This document shows positions 50,565 to 63,961 of a stretch of DNA of 64,000 nt, one piece after another. Positions within the stretch are counted from its first letter, which is position 1. The number at the start of each line of letters is the position of its first letter. The notes under the pieces were generated by a model. That model ran no database searches. It was not told the origin of the DNA and saw only the letters and a list, made by a program, of their open reading frames with translations. Origin of the DNA: Octopus sinensis (lineage: Eukaryota); assembly GCF_006345805.1 (NCBI RefSeq), contig NC_043000.1, positions 110,360,001 through 110,424,000 on the forward strand, written 5' to 3'. The position numbers and the translations under genes are program-made.

Positions 50565-51270
50565 TGTATGTACGTACGTATGCATGTATGTATGTATGTA
50601 TGTATGCATGTATGTATGTATGTATGTATGTATGTATGTATGTATGTATGTATGCATGCATGTATGTATGTATGTATGTATGTATGTATGTATGTATGTA
50701 TGTATGCATGTATGTATGTATGCATGTATGTATGCATGCATGCATTAGGTATGTATGTATGTATGTATGTATGTATGTATGTATGTATGTATGCATGCAT
50801 GTATGTATGTATGTATGTATGTATGTATGTATGTATGCATGTATGTATGCATGTATGTATGCATGCATGCATTAGGTATGTATGTATGTATGTATGTATG
50901 CATGTATGTATGCATGTATGTATGCATGTATGTATGTTGTGTGTGTATGTATGTATGTGTGTGTATGTATGTATGTATGTGTGTATGTATGCATGCATTA
51001 TGTATGTATTTATGTATGCATGTATGTATGTATATATGTATGTATGTATGTATGTATGCATGTATGTATGTATGCATCCATGCATGTATGCATGCATGCA
51101 TGCATGCATTATGTATGTATGTATGTATGTATGTATGTATGTATGTATGTCTGTATGTATATATGTATGTATGAATGAATGTATGTATGTATGTATGTAT
51201 GTCTGTTTGTATGTACGTATGTATGTATGTATGTATGTATGTATGTATGTATGTATGGTATGTATGTATG
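50470..51270. repeat. About 800 bp (TATG)/(CATG) tract
   Basis: Read directly; source of the MYVC/HTYI ORFs. Confidence 0.95.
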
Positions 51271-52206
51271 TTTCGGTTCAGTCCCCACTGGGCGACATCT
51301 TGATTAAACGTTTTCTCCTTTAGCTCTGGGGGCCGCCGAGAACCTTGCGAGTGGATTCGGAATACGAAATCCCTATGAAAACCAGTCATATAATGGGGGC
51401 TGAACCCAAAACCACGTGGTCACCATGCGAACTTCTTAACCGCACAATCACGTTCGCATTTCTGCAGATTTTGGAATTATCTTTAGATTTCTCATTTCTA
51501 GGAAACGTTGATCCTTTGACCAGAAAACACAGAACTCGGTTGATAGTATCTAGGTTTTGATACTGGTATTATCAAATAGCAGAATTTCTTCCTGGTTTTA
51601 TCTGAGAATCTAGCAACGAAACATTCCATTTACCAAACTTTACTTGTATTTAGAAACCGTATTATTGGAAACTGGAAACAGGATCTGCTAAAAATAATTG
51701 GTTTATTATTTAATCGTATTACCATGTGATGGTAGTCACATATATAATATACATACATATATAAATACACACATACATACATACATACATACATACATAC
51801 ATACATACATACATACATTCATATGGGTGGGGAGGGTTAAAAATTTGACACGTTAAAAACAACAGCTAGCAGCGGTATAAATGTTATCGTTACAGAGAAT
51901 ATTGACTCTGTATAATACGTTTTGGTGAGTCATGCTTCTGAGGTAGAGCCATTGACCGAATTATGGCATTTGATAGTGAATCTGAATGAAAGCAACCACC
52001 ACCACCGACAACTACACCACCACCACCACCAACAACAACAACACTAACATAACATCAACAACAACAGCAGCATCAATAACAACACGGCAGTAACAATAAT
52101 GAAAGCCAAGATGATAATGACAGTAACAAAAATGCGAGCAGGGTCCTTCATAGAGTCACATGATCTGTTGGAAATATTTACAATCAGATTTCTTTCAGAT
52201 GTCTTC

Positions 52207-52245
<39 letters not shown>

Positions 52246-52258
52246 TAATAATAATAAT

Positions 52259-52294
<36 letters not shown>

Positions 52295-52434
52295 TTCGTA
52301 GAGTAATACGAAATTTATGACTTAACGAAAGTTTTGGGCTAAACTCACAAACAGACCCCCAGTATTTTGCAAGAAAGCTTTGGCAGGTTGCTATTTTTAC
52401 CCGTAATGTTTTACATGAATATGAGTCTCTATAG

Positions 52435-52653
52435 CAGTGCTTTTCAAACTTTTTGCTGGAGCGGAACCCCAAGGAAACATTCCACTGGCTCGAGGAACCC
52501 CTGTGCAATAATTTAATAGTCTTATACACACATATCTGCACAGGCGACTTAAAAATTACTGCTGATTTTTGCAGTTTTGTAGCTTCTTGCGGAACCCCTG
52601 GACTGTACTGGCGGAACCCTAAGGTTCAGCGGAACCCTGGTTGAAAACCACTG
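52435..52653. mobile_element. hAT-type MITE (219 bp)
   Basis: Ends CAGTGCTTTTCAAAC...GGTTGAAAACCACTG, repeated GGAACCC subterminal motifs, CTATAG on both flanks (no clean 8-bp TSD). Confidence 0.75.
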
Positions 52654-52776
52654 CTATAGATACACACATATGCATATGCATACACGTGTGTGTGCGTGTG
52701 TATGTGTACTTCATTTTTGTATTTCGATTCCAAGATTCTTGATGGGAATTCGTGTATATTGAAATAAATCTCGTGT

Positions 52777-52933
52777 CTTGGGAGGGTCATTGCGCCAATA
52801 ATAATATAATAATGACACAATAAACAAACGATCGATTAGTTAGATTGTTATTATTCAACCAATTGTCTAATCAATAAAGAAGTGATATTGGACCAGTGCA
52901 TGTGTCATTATTACTGGCGTAACGACCCTCCAG
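52777..52933. mobile_element. Degenerate fold-back element, same family as 17.8 kb and 46.8 kb
   Basis: CTTGGGAGGGTCATTGCGCCAATAATAA...GACAC versus GTGTCATTATTACTGGCGTAACGACCCTCC. Confidence 0.5.
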
Positions 52934-52974
52934 ATATATATATATGTGTGTGTGTGTGTGTGCGTGTGTTGTTG

Positions 52975-53047
<73 letters not shown>

Positions 53048-53050
<3 letters not shown>

Positions 53051-53410
53051 AGCGGCGAGCTGGCAGAAACGTTAGCACGCCGGGCGAAATTAACGGTATT
53101 TCATCTGTCGCTACGTTCTAAGTTCAAATTCCTCCGAGGTCGACTTTGCCTTTCATCCTTTCGAGGCCGATAAAATAAGTACCAGTTGAACATTGGAGTC
53201 GAGGTAATCGTTAGCACACCAGGCAAAATGGTTAGTGGAATTTCGTCCGTCTTTACGTTCATTGTTCAAATCCCGTCGAGGTCGATCGATTTTGCTTTTC
53301 ATCCATTTCGGGGTCGATAAATTAAGTACCAGTGGCGTACTGAGATCGATGTGATCGACCTAGCCCCTCCCCACAAATTCCAGGCCTCCTGTCTAATGTA
53401 GAAAGGCTTA
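53048..53410 (+). mobile_element. SINE-A dimer joined at AATCG microhomology
   Basis: The first copy stops at GTAATCG and continues as TTAGCAC of a second, tail-2 copy (its head normally reads GAATCGTTAGCAC). Confidence 0.8.
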
Positions 53411-53426
53411 TTATTATTATTATTAT

Positions 53427-53890
53427 TGAGTGAGAGAGCAGTTCATGCCATCAAAGTGACACTGGGGTAAAATATACGAAGCCCAATATACCCATCATGA
53501 CTACCCGTCTGATAAGGGCACACCAGGCACATGCATCACAACCATATGTGCGCGACATGGTGATCTCATATCAAGATAAACTGCATATGACCTTGCAGGT
53601 GGGGCCCAGTTAGAATTTTCTTCAGGTTGAGTAGCCCATCCCGCTTAAACGGTCCCTGAATAAGGGTTGTTTAAGGATGTTGAAAAAACCACCCATGTCT
53701 CCAGAGGTGAATTATTCAAACCCCAAAGAATCCCTCTCAACACATGGCTATGATGCTCCCCCACTACTTCTGCTCGTGATCAGAGATGCACATACCGTCA
53801 GCCACTAAGGGACATGCTCAACTGGTTAAGGTCAAACAACTGACAAGCAAATCTGTGGTATTGAGCAGAATATTTGCTGTAGCCCATCTT
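53427..53890. mobile_element. Interspersed repeat family G, bounded by (ATT)n on both sides
   Basis: Shares its right end with 44690-44790; ATT tracts at 53409-53427 and 53890-54035. Confidence 0.65.
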
Positions 53891-53904
53891 TATTATTATT
53901 ATTA

Positions 53905-54019
<115 letters not shown>

Positions 54020-54439
54020 TATTATTATTATCATTATTGTTATCGTTGTAATAGCGGTCGAATGAATATGTCAACTGTTTTTGAAAAGAATGTTTGGAAT
54101 TCAGCTCATTACGTTGGTCGATTGTTGATTGTCGTTTGAATGGATATGTAAATAACTGGTAAGGTGAGTTGGTAAGTAGGTAAGTAGCTCTTCCGACTCC
54201 TGGCCACCACCACCACCACCACCACCAGCAGCTGCTGCTACAAAAACAGGTTGCAAAACAGACACATACGCGCGGATACACACTCTCTCCCTCTCTTTCT
54301 CTGTCTCGCTCTGTCTATCTCTCTCTCCCTCCCTCCCCATCTCTTACATACAATCAACGAGATATCTGTGTGCAAAAGCCATTCAGCTCCAATGAAAATT
54401 TAGACTTTCTATCTTCATGATATGTGTATTCGTGAAGAC

Positions 54440-54665
54440 TGCGAGCTGGCAGAATCGCTAGCATGCCGGGCGAAAAGCGTAGCCGTATTTCGTCTGCCGT
54501 TACGTTCTGAGTTCAAATTCTGCCGAAGTCGATTTTGCCTTTCATCCTTTCGGGGTCGATAAATTAAGTACCAGTTACGCACTTGGGTCGATGTAATCGA
54601 CTTAATCTGTTTGTCTGTCCTTGTTTGTCCCCTCTATGTTTATCTCCTGCGGGCAATAAAGAGAT
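54440..54665 (+). mobile_element. SINE family A full length
   Basis: Head, B box, body and GGGCAATAAAG tail. Confidence 0.85.
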
Positions 54666-54747
54666 TATGTATATGCGCGTGTGTGAATGTTCGTGTGTGT
54701 GTATTTGTTTATCGTCTGTCTGTATGTCGTGTGCTCGGCTGTTATGT

Positions 54748-55012
54748 CGGTGGTTCTCAACAACGTTTCACCTCTGCACCCCTTTTATTCATATTTTGCT
54801 CCTCTGGACCACCGGAGATATTCGGCGTTTAAAAAAATCCCTATCATGTTTTAATAATTATAATATTATAAGGGATCGTATAAAATAATTGTTAATATAT
54901 TTCGTGTATTTTACAAGTAGAACCGATTTGTGGTGGATAAATTTTAACCACAAAATCGTATATGGACCCCCCCCCCCCCCCGGACTAAATGGACCCTGAC
55001 TGGGAATAACTG
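54748..55012. mobile_element. hAT-type MITE (265 bp)
   Basis: Ends CGGTGGTTCTCAAC...CTGGGAATAACTG; flanks TGTTATGT and GGTTATGT (7/8 TSD). Confidence 0.7.
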
Positions 55013-55296
55013 GGTTATGTAGTTATTTCCGTAAACATGATATTTTATTAACTATTCCTCTGAAGTGAGTGGGAAAGATAGTGTCATTAAGGTTCTGCTA
55101 TAGAATGGGGCTATATGTGTCTGGGTGACCGGAGCGAAAATCTCACGTAGTGGAAATGTGGGTTACATTGATCGCGGCCAAACACTGTACATGACCCAGT
55201 TCGGTTCGAGTCTTTAGTTTTAGAGACGCACCTTGAAGTTCCGATCGAATTCCAAAAAGGAAGTATCAAGTATCAATATCTTTATGATTTGTAGAA

Positions 55297-55470
55297 AATA
55301 TCCGTCCGAAAGACTTGAGAAACCTACATGGGGTTGAAGTAGATGTCTTCAAAAAAGAACTTAGAGTCCCGGATGAACCAACATCTTGGCAGGAAATACA
55401 GATGAGGGAAGCAACATCTAACTCTTTTATTCGCACCAAATGCCAACTATTAAAGGAGGATTTTAACTCA
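55297..55470 (+). mobile_element. CR1-group LINE 3' remnant
   Basis: NIRPKDLRNLHGVEVDVFKKELRVPDEPTSWQEIQMREATSNS, resembling the LP..LRN.....VFK..LD..L..VPDEP C-terminus. Confidence 0.65.
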
Positions 55471-55692
55471 GGTTAACCCTGTCGAAATTTTGAAGATAGT
55501 TATATAAATAGGGACAACAAACATACGGAAGCGTCCAGTTAACTTTTATTGCAATAAACAAACCAAATACAACTGTCCTCAAACGAGAACAGTGGGTTAA
55601 AGTGTGTTAATGATGATGATGGCCACAGCTCTCGAACTGAAAGAGTAATATCCATCGTATAGAGTATTATATATCCAGGAGATCTTTCATAT

Positions 55693-55939
55693 TTAGTATT
55701 TTGGTTTCGCTGTATGGCAATCTAAGATGTGGTCTGTGTACTGCTTGCGATAAATGCGAAGCGCAAAGGTGCGTACTCTGTAGCTTGTTGTAGATTGTTG
55801 AGGAAATATTGAAGCTCCATACAAGGATGTCTTAATCCATGATGGGTCTAATGTGTTGTTTACTACACCACTGTTGTGATCTGACTTGGCATAATCCACC
55901 ACTAATGTAATGTCTTGGTTGAGTACGTTGATCTCTTTT
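55693..55939 (-). CDS. Candidate terminal coding exon, unknown product
   Basis: Acceptor CTTCTTATAACATAG|; frame KEINVLNQDITLVVDYAKSD...CHTAKPKY* open for 81 codons; minus-strand AATAAA at 55550-55545. No homology recognised. Confidence 0.25.
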
Positions 55940-58672
55940 CTATGTTATAAGAAGCGACAGACGCAAACAGGATATGTGACGGTTCATGACTCAGCAAGAA
56001 CACATACATACAAACAATGCGGGGCACATATACTCACACACACATTTACACACACATTTACACACGCATGCATACACACACACACACGTATATATATATA
56101 CATACACACGTGCACATATACTTGCACATATACGCATGTACTCACGCCCCACCCACATGTATGCACATACGCATACTCATACGGACGCATTCACATACAC
56201 ACACGTGTAAACACACGTGTACACACACTCACACGCACGCACAAACATGCAAGCACATACACGTACGCACACACACACACACATTCTAAAAATAAAAAAT
56301 ATAAAAATTTTAAAGCCGTGTTTACCGGTTTTTCTGATGTATTGTGTAAGACGAGTTTATTAGGTCGCTCTGCTTTGTGATATAAAGGCGATATTGGGCC
56401 ACTATTTTACGGAAAAACGAATTTATTGTTAATCACCGATATTTTTTTTTTTTGTATATTGTGAGAAATATTTTAGGTGGAAAATATGGAGACTGGATCA
56501 TAAGACTCGTTGGAGTTGCCGACAAAATCCCGATGGTATTCCGTGTACGGATCTTATTTTTCTTTCTTTTACTCGTTTCAGTTGTTAGGCAGCGGCCATG
56601 CTGGGACACTGCGATGAAGAATTCTTAGTCGAATGAATCACCCTATATCAGAAGATATTTGCCCAAGGCGCCACGCAGTGAGACTGAAACTGGAGCCATG
56701 TGGTTGGGAAGCAAATGTCTTACCACAGCCATGCTTTCGTCTGTACCTATATGTTCTGAGTTCAAATCTCGCCGAAATCAAATTTGCCTTTCATGTTTCC
56801 GGGAAGGTGTTTATAAAGTGAAGAACCTGTCTAGTGCAGGGGTGGATGAAATATTCATGTAAAGCATTTTTTGTCCTGGGTAAGACTTTAAACTGCATTC
56901 GGTAGCGGCCCCTGGTTTGGGAGTTTCTGGATGTCGATGAGTTTGGATCCATTCATAACCACTCTTGTTCCCAGATCTTCTCTGACCCAGAGTAAGTAAC
57001 ACCTGTTAGGGTCTCAGCAAGAGATTAATTATCATGTTACTAAGGAAACGCCAAGCACAAACCCTCGATGCCTTATGAATACCATAGGAAAGTAAGAAGC
57101 TTGTGAAGTCAGTCTCGGCAGCCATTCAAGGAATGGAGTCTCTCAGGAGGTTCAGGGCTCTCTTTGACACCTTTCTGACAACTTTAAGTAAGGTGAAGCT
57201 CTCCAGCTTTGTAAGGCAATTCACCTGGGAGAAGGCTACTCCAGTGTGGAATTTGCAGCTTGCTAGTCACTGCAGCCATCTTAACCCGTTGAACCACTGT
57301 GGTCAGATGTGTGGATTGATTCTCTCTTTAAATCTACAAATGAAGGTGAGAAGAAAAGTCCTGCAGCGTCAAAGATCGGTTTAAAGAACTACTTGAGAGC
57401 GAGTCACTCATCCTCATGATCTTCGGACACATCACCACAATGGTATCCGAGCTGGAATGGAATTATGATGGAAGAACTATGTATATCTTGGAGCCTGTAT
57501 TTCATTACGAAATTTCGACTTTGATAAATTTCTCAGCATGGACGAATATAATTTTATTACAATATAAGAAAGTACCTTGGAAGTATTTTTTGTTCTTTAT
57601 TTTGCCTTTCAATCCTTCCGGGGTCGATGAAATAAATGCCAGTTGAACAATGGCGGTCGATATAATCGATTAACACCACCACGCCCGTCCCTATTGTAGG
57701 AAGAAAGAATATTTGAAAGATATGAAATGTTATGTGTTGGTGTCACCGCCTTAACAGTTTCGCCGGAAGTTACGAGAATGAGTTCCAATCAATAAAATTA
57801 CTCTTCGTATTTGTTTTTTTTTTTCTATTTCTATTCCACTTATTTCTGATCAACAAACGAAACAAGCTGTTGTCCGGTCTTCCATCGAATTTTCTTGTTA
57901 GCGCTTGTTTATTGTATTATGTCACCATTGGCAAATTACACGGAGAAGGCGGCGAGAAATTACATCCAATCAGCATGCAACAGTCGTGAAGCTTGTAACA
58001 TATTTTATTACAAGGACTACCTGTAATAAACAGATAAATAAATAAATGATAAAAAAATAAATGAATGGCAGACTTGTGCGGCGTTTTTCGTAAAACACGT
58101 GTCTGGGAGCCATTGATGACAGGAAAAAAAAACCCCCATTTTAATAGAAATGCAAATATGTCGCTTAATATAAATAACGGTTTTTGTTTCAACATGCCGC
58201 AGCAGGTCAACGCCATTGTTTCTAGATGTTACCTTCATCTAAGTCCATTGAACAAGGAGAATAATACATCTACGCATTTTTCTTATTATTACAGTCAATT
58301 ATACAGCATATTTAATTTAGATCTGTCCGACATATTGGTTTGTAATCTAACGAAGCGAACACAGGATTTACACATCACATGAAATATATTGGGGTTGTTT
58401 ACCTTGAATGGACTTAGGTGGGTCCTTTCTATTCGATGCGGTTAACCGTAATTTGAATTATATTAGAGTGCTTGAACGGTACCCGTCTGAATATTTTATC
58501 TCAGTCTGTCCATCTGTCTGTCTGCATACTAAGTATGTATGTATGTATGTATGTATGTATGTATGTATGTATGTATGTATGTATGTATGTATGTATGTAT
58601 AATTAAAAAGAAAGAGTACAGCGGCAGAGTGAAGCAAAATACGTGAGTATTTACAAGTCCAACAACAACGCA

Positions 58673-58758
<86 letters not shown>

Positions 58759-58790
58759 CTCTCTCACGCAGACACAGACACACACACTCA

Positions 58791-58840
<50 letters not shown>

Positions 58841-59488
58841 CACACATAATTCTATGAGCTGCGGTGTGGTAGGTCAAGGAAAAAAAACCTTGGCCCAAAC
58901 GAGTGTAAGCTACATCTTTCTTCCCCAGCGAAACGAGGAAATCTCCGTACTGTCTGTCGACCTGCTACAAATAGCAGCTAAATTTTCCTCAAATAACATT
59001 CTAGTGGTTGAAAAAAGGGGCGAACGCAGTAGACAAAATACCCCTAGATACCGATAAAAAAACAATTGCAATGTTTTTGGTGATAAGTTTACGCGATGAA
59101 GGTAAACTTGTAACCAAACAGCAACAAGAACAACGGAAGATGGAATGACTTTTGTTGAAGTTACCCTACAATCTTTGAACTCACTTCACTTTTATCCATT
59201 GAGGAATGTCACTCACATAATCACTTAATATCTAACAATATTGGTTTATGTTCAATTGAAGCAGGATTAGTTTAAAATAGCAATGTGTGTTATCACATCT
59301 CATACAAATGCATCACGGAAAGCCAAATTAATTGCGGTATTCGTTCGGGGACAATATCCGACATGGATGTACTGCGTTAGATAACACACAAATATAGCAG
59401 TAACATATGAAAATCGCCCAGCAGCGGTGGTGGGAATACCGGATGCGTATTTCTCCCTGATTAGGCTCCGTCAGTAGCAAGTACTCAC

Positions 59489-59580
59489 TGGCAAACTGCA
59501 TGTTAAGAGAAAGATCAACGCTACTTATATATAGGAAAACAGTGACTGAAAAATCACTGATGTTGTAGTTAGCTGCCAGG
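59489..59580 (-). CDS. Candidate internal exon (92 nt)
   Basis: TTTTTGTTCAG|...GCCA|GTGAGT; open frame LAANYNISDFSVTVFLYISSVDLSLNMQFA. Confidence 0.2.
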
Positions 59581-59945
59581 CTGAACAAAAAGTCATTATG
59601 TGCAACAGAAGCAGTATATAATCGGTGTTATTATACCTGGAAGATATTGTCTCCGGGCGAATACCGCAGTTAACTTTCTGTGAATATTTGCATTAAGTAT
59701 TATCTTTTATCTCTTACTTGTTTCAGTCATTAGACTGCGGCCATGTTTGGGCACCGCTTTGATACACAACTTGCTAAAATATATTTATTTCCAGCTAATT
59801 CTCTCTCTTTTTTTTTTAACTTTAGTTAATTCCTCCTGTCTGCTTCGTTTCCTCCTCTGCATTTTTTTTTATATTTAAGCCTTTTTAACCCCACTCCATA
59901 TTATACCTTCTCCTAGTTTTCTTGTTTTCTATTCTCTACCAATAT

Positions 59946-60035
<90 letters not shown>

Positions 60036-61214
60036 CTTCCTCTCCTTCTCTACCTCCTTTCTACCTTCTTCTCTGCTTCCTTCTCTCTCCCTCTCTCTCA
60101 GCACCACCCCTTATTTCCCCTTCAGTTCTCACCTTCTGACTTTCTTCCTTCCTTCTACTCTCACTTCATCATTCCCCTCTCTGTTCTTCCCCCCGTTGCC
60201 CCACCCCAACTTTGTCCTATTTGTTACATCCCCCACTCTCTCCCCTCACTTCTTACACCCGTTCCATTTACTTACTTTTTGAGGTGTGTGAACCATTAAG
60301 AGACGACCGTTACCTGCTAGATCAACCTGCTACAAATGGCAGAGAAATCACCAAGTATTCAGAAAATGAATAACAAAAAAACACATCGGATAATATGGTT
60401 CTAGTTACAACATATCTGAACACAAGACGAGATGGTCGAAGCTGGATTGTCTCCGATCATAAATCTGCTCGACTAAAGCCGACGTGGGAGCTAAACAACA
60501 AACAACAAGAACAAGAACAACAACAACAACAACAAAAACACCAGCAGCAACAACAACACCAATAACAACAGCAAAAAGAACAGAAACAACAATAGCAACA
60601 AACAACCCAACCCCACTATATATCCTCCCCCTCCAACACCCACCACTCTATTTGTAAACTTTATAATTTCCAATACAGATGTCTGACGGTGTACATTTAC
60701 CAAAAAACTATTTCACTACACTGGTTTTTACGCTGTTTGATTCTAAGTTATTTACCGAAATTATAAATATAAAGTATAGAATTTAAATGAAATGATGGAT
60801 ACCCTTTTCTTGTTCGTAGAAATCTTTGCATTTAATTTCCAGACATTCCTAAGTAACTGAAGAATATAGGCATAGCTGTGTGGTTAAAAAGGACGTCCTC
60901 CATCCCCGTGGTTCCAGATTGGGCGATTCTGAGTGTTACCTTGGGCAAATGTCTTCTATGGCACTAGTTTCCACAATACGTTGTCAGTGGAATTTGGTAG
61001 TTTTCGGAGTAATCCCTGAAAACTTGCAAAACAAGACTTAAGTAATCAGTGTATTTAGTTACAATACATACATACATACATACATACATACATACATACA
61101 TACATACATACATACATACATACATACATACATACACATGGATGTGAATACAAACAGATGTTTGCATGATTGTACGAGTGTGTATATACTTATTACACCT
61201 TAGACAACTTTGAC

Positions 61215-61590
61215 AGGCCATTACCGGCCATTATCGGCCTAGTCCACATCTAACCTAATGGTGTCACCAGGGGTAGTCTTTTAAGCCACGTTTTAGGACA
61301 TCGTAGTCCACTCAAATATGGAGTTATTGCTTATCAATGTGTAGCCAGGTGTCGGTGGTTTGTTTGCTATTTCTTGGAGGAATTTGTCAAGTTGTTATTT
61401 GAATGTCATGAAGTCTTATTCTTTGATTTCTTTCGGTATAACGTTGGATATGGGAGGACGGCTTGAAATTAAAATGTTCTGTCGCGATGTTGTTATGTTG
61501 ATGTGAGCTCAATTTTTCTCGAGAATCTATTGGTCCTATGAACTTGATATAAGCATCATTTGGACGGTTTTCGTGGAATATTTTACACAT
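61215..61590 (-). mobile_element. CR1-group LINE 3' end with UTR
   Basis: NVIPKEIKE*DFMTFK*QLDKFLQEIANKPPTPGYTLISNNSIFEWT. Confidence 0.7.
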
Positions 61591-61593
61591 CGT

Positions 61594-62365
61594 AAGGTGG
61601 CGAGCTGGCAGAATCGTTAGCACGTCGGGCGAAATGCTTAGCGGTATTTCGTCTGCGCTACGTTCTGAGTTCAAATTCCGCCGAGGTCGCCTTTGCCTTT
61701 CATCCTTTCGGGTTCGTTAAATTAAGTATCAGATGAATACTGGGGTCGATGTAATCGACTTAATCCGTTTGTCTATCCTTGTTTGTCCCCTCTGTGTTTA
61801 GCCCCTTGTGGGTAGTAAAGAAATAGGTATTTCGTCTGTCTTTACGTTGTGAGTTCAAATTCCGCCGAGGTCGACTTTGCCTTTCATCCTTTCGGGTTCG
61901 TTAAATTAAGTACCAGATGAATACTGGGGTCGATGTAATCGACTTAATCCGTTTGTCTGTCCTTGTTTGTCCCCTCTGTGTTTAGCCCCTTGTGGGTAGT
62001 AAAGAAATAGGTATTTCGTCTGTCTTTACGTTGTGAGTTCAAATTCCGCCGAGGTCGACTTTGCCTTTCATCCTTTCGGGTTCGTTAAATTAAGTACCAG
62101 ATGAATACTGGGGTCGATGTAATCGACTTAATCCGTTTGTCTGTCCTTGTTTGTCCCCTCTGTGTTTAGCCCCTTGTGGGTAGTAAAGAAATAGGTATTT
62201 CGTCTGTCTTTACGTTGTGAGTTCAAATTCCGCTGAGGTCGACTTTGTCTTTCATTCTTTCAGGGTCGATAGATTAAGTATCAGTTGCATGCTGGGATCA
62301 ATCTAATCGACTGTCCCCCTCCCCCCAAAAAATTTTGGGCCTTGTGCCTAAAGTAGAAAAGAATG
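61594..62365 (+). mobile_element. SINE-A tandem array: head, three 183-184 bp units, and a tail-2 terminal unit
   Basis: GGTATT starts at 61643, 61826, 62010 and 62194; units 2 and 3 look identical. Confidence 0.92.
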
Positions 62366-62977
62366 TTTTCCCCGTCGTACAAACGTAGCGCTCACGGAAG
62401 CGTTGGGGAGAATAAAATTTGAAGATTTCCCCACCTTCTCTGTTTCTATCTCTTTATTCTATTATTATCACCCTTTCTTTGTAGCTCTTTCTTCGTTTTT
62501 CTAAATTTCTTTCATCCGAGAAGATTTAACCTTCTTACAGATTAACCATTCGTTGATTATTCATTAATTATTAACCATTCATTAAATATTCAAGTATTTT
62601 TCTATATTATCCATTGTCGCCCGACGAGATCAAAGACCTCTCGGTTGACTGTCGAAGTACCAGAGGAGTGGAGTTCGGAGAAAGAGAGAGAGAGAGAGGG
62701 GGGAAAATCACAATACTCGTAGGAAGTCTTTAGAATGTCGTTAAATAAAGAATCTTGACAAAAATACGTAAGAATGAGAGAATGTCAAAGGTGTGGAAGG
62801 AAAGTAAACAACTTTAGGAATGAAATATTCGAAATAGCTTTACGTTTTATAACTTCAATAACAGCTGAAATACCGGCGTTGGTACATTAAGTCTATTAGG
62901 CACGCTTTTTATGGAGGAAAGAAACTTGTTTTGTGTGACGTCACGATACACACAAAGAAAAAGAGAATCTCAGTCTC

Positions 62978-63565
62978 GGTATAAAGTTTGAGATCCGCTT
63001 TGTTATTGTTACGTTCTGAGTTCAATTTCCGCTGAGGTCGACTTTGCCTTTCATCCTTTCGGGGTCGATAAATTAAGTACCAGTTACGCACTGGGGTCGA
63101 TGTTATCGACTTAACCCGTTTGTCTGTCCTTGTTTGTCCCCTCTGTGTTTAGCCCCTTGTGGGTAGTAAAGAAATATTATTTAAGGCGGCGAGCTGGCAG
63201 AAACGTTAGCACACCGGACGAAACGCTTAGCGGTGTTTTGTCTGCCGCTACGTTCAGAGTTCAAATTCCGCCGAGGTCGACTTTGCCTTACATCCTTTCG
63301 GGGTCGATTAAATAAGTACCAATTACGCACTGGGGTCGATATAATCGACTTAATCCCTTTGTCTGCCTTTGTTTGTCCCCTCTGTGTGTAGCCCCATGTG
63401 GGTAGTAAAGAAATAGGTGTAGAGTTTGAGATCTATTTTGTTATTGTTATTGTTACGTTCTGAGTTCAAATCCCGCTGAGGTCTACTTTGCTTTACATCC
63501 TTTCGGGGTCGATGAAATAAGTAGCAGTTAAACTTGCTGGCCTTGTGCCAAAATTTGAGACTATC
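62978..63565 (+). mobile_element. SINE-A cluster with duplicated flank
   Basis: Flank X (62978) + truncated A, full A at 63183-63415 (A box 63195-63205, B box 63259-63267), flank X' (63416) + truncated tail-2 A. Confidence 0.85.
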
Positions 63566-63674
63566 ATTGTTATTTGTTTCATTTAATGTTTTCTTTTAAA
63601 ATCCATTTTGAATTAATTATTTATGAAAAATCATAAAAACTTGTTCATATTTTTTCTCACGTACTTAAATGTAA

Positions 63675-63830
63675 GCATGGCTGTGTGGTTAAGAAGGTCG
63701 CTTTGTAACCATTTGGTTTTAGGTTCTGTCTCAATACGCAGCACCTTTTTATCTTCTACTATAGTCCTGTTCCGATCGAAGCCTTATGAGTGAATTTGGT
63801 GGACGGAAACTGTGTGGAATCCCGTCCAAT
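63675..63830 (+). mobile_element. SINE family B head, diverged
   Basis: TGGCTGTGTGGTTAAGAAG...GCCTTATGAGTGAATTTGGTGGACGGAAACTG. Confidence 0.7.
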
Positions 63831-63961
63831 GTATATATGTTTCATCATAATGAAGACAATTTTACATTAATCTGATAGGCTACTCTCTACTTTTGTAGAA
63901 CACAGATTTATTATTCTTAAGCAATGACATTCTTGTCAGTGACTTCGAAGTCACTGTCAAC

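Noticed and set aside
56830-57450. GC-balanced block that may be a decayed retroelement
   Set aside because: Only weak RT-like words on the minus strand; no diagnostic motif.
57960-58220. Enhancer-like motif cluster (CCAATCAG, CACGTG, ATGCAAAT, CATTGTT)
   Set aside because: Short motifs are expected by chance; conservation data would be needed.
63183-63270. tRNA genes
   Set aside because: A/B-box-bearing segments are SINE heads continuing into repeat bodies; no complete cloverleaf found.
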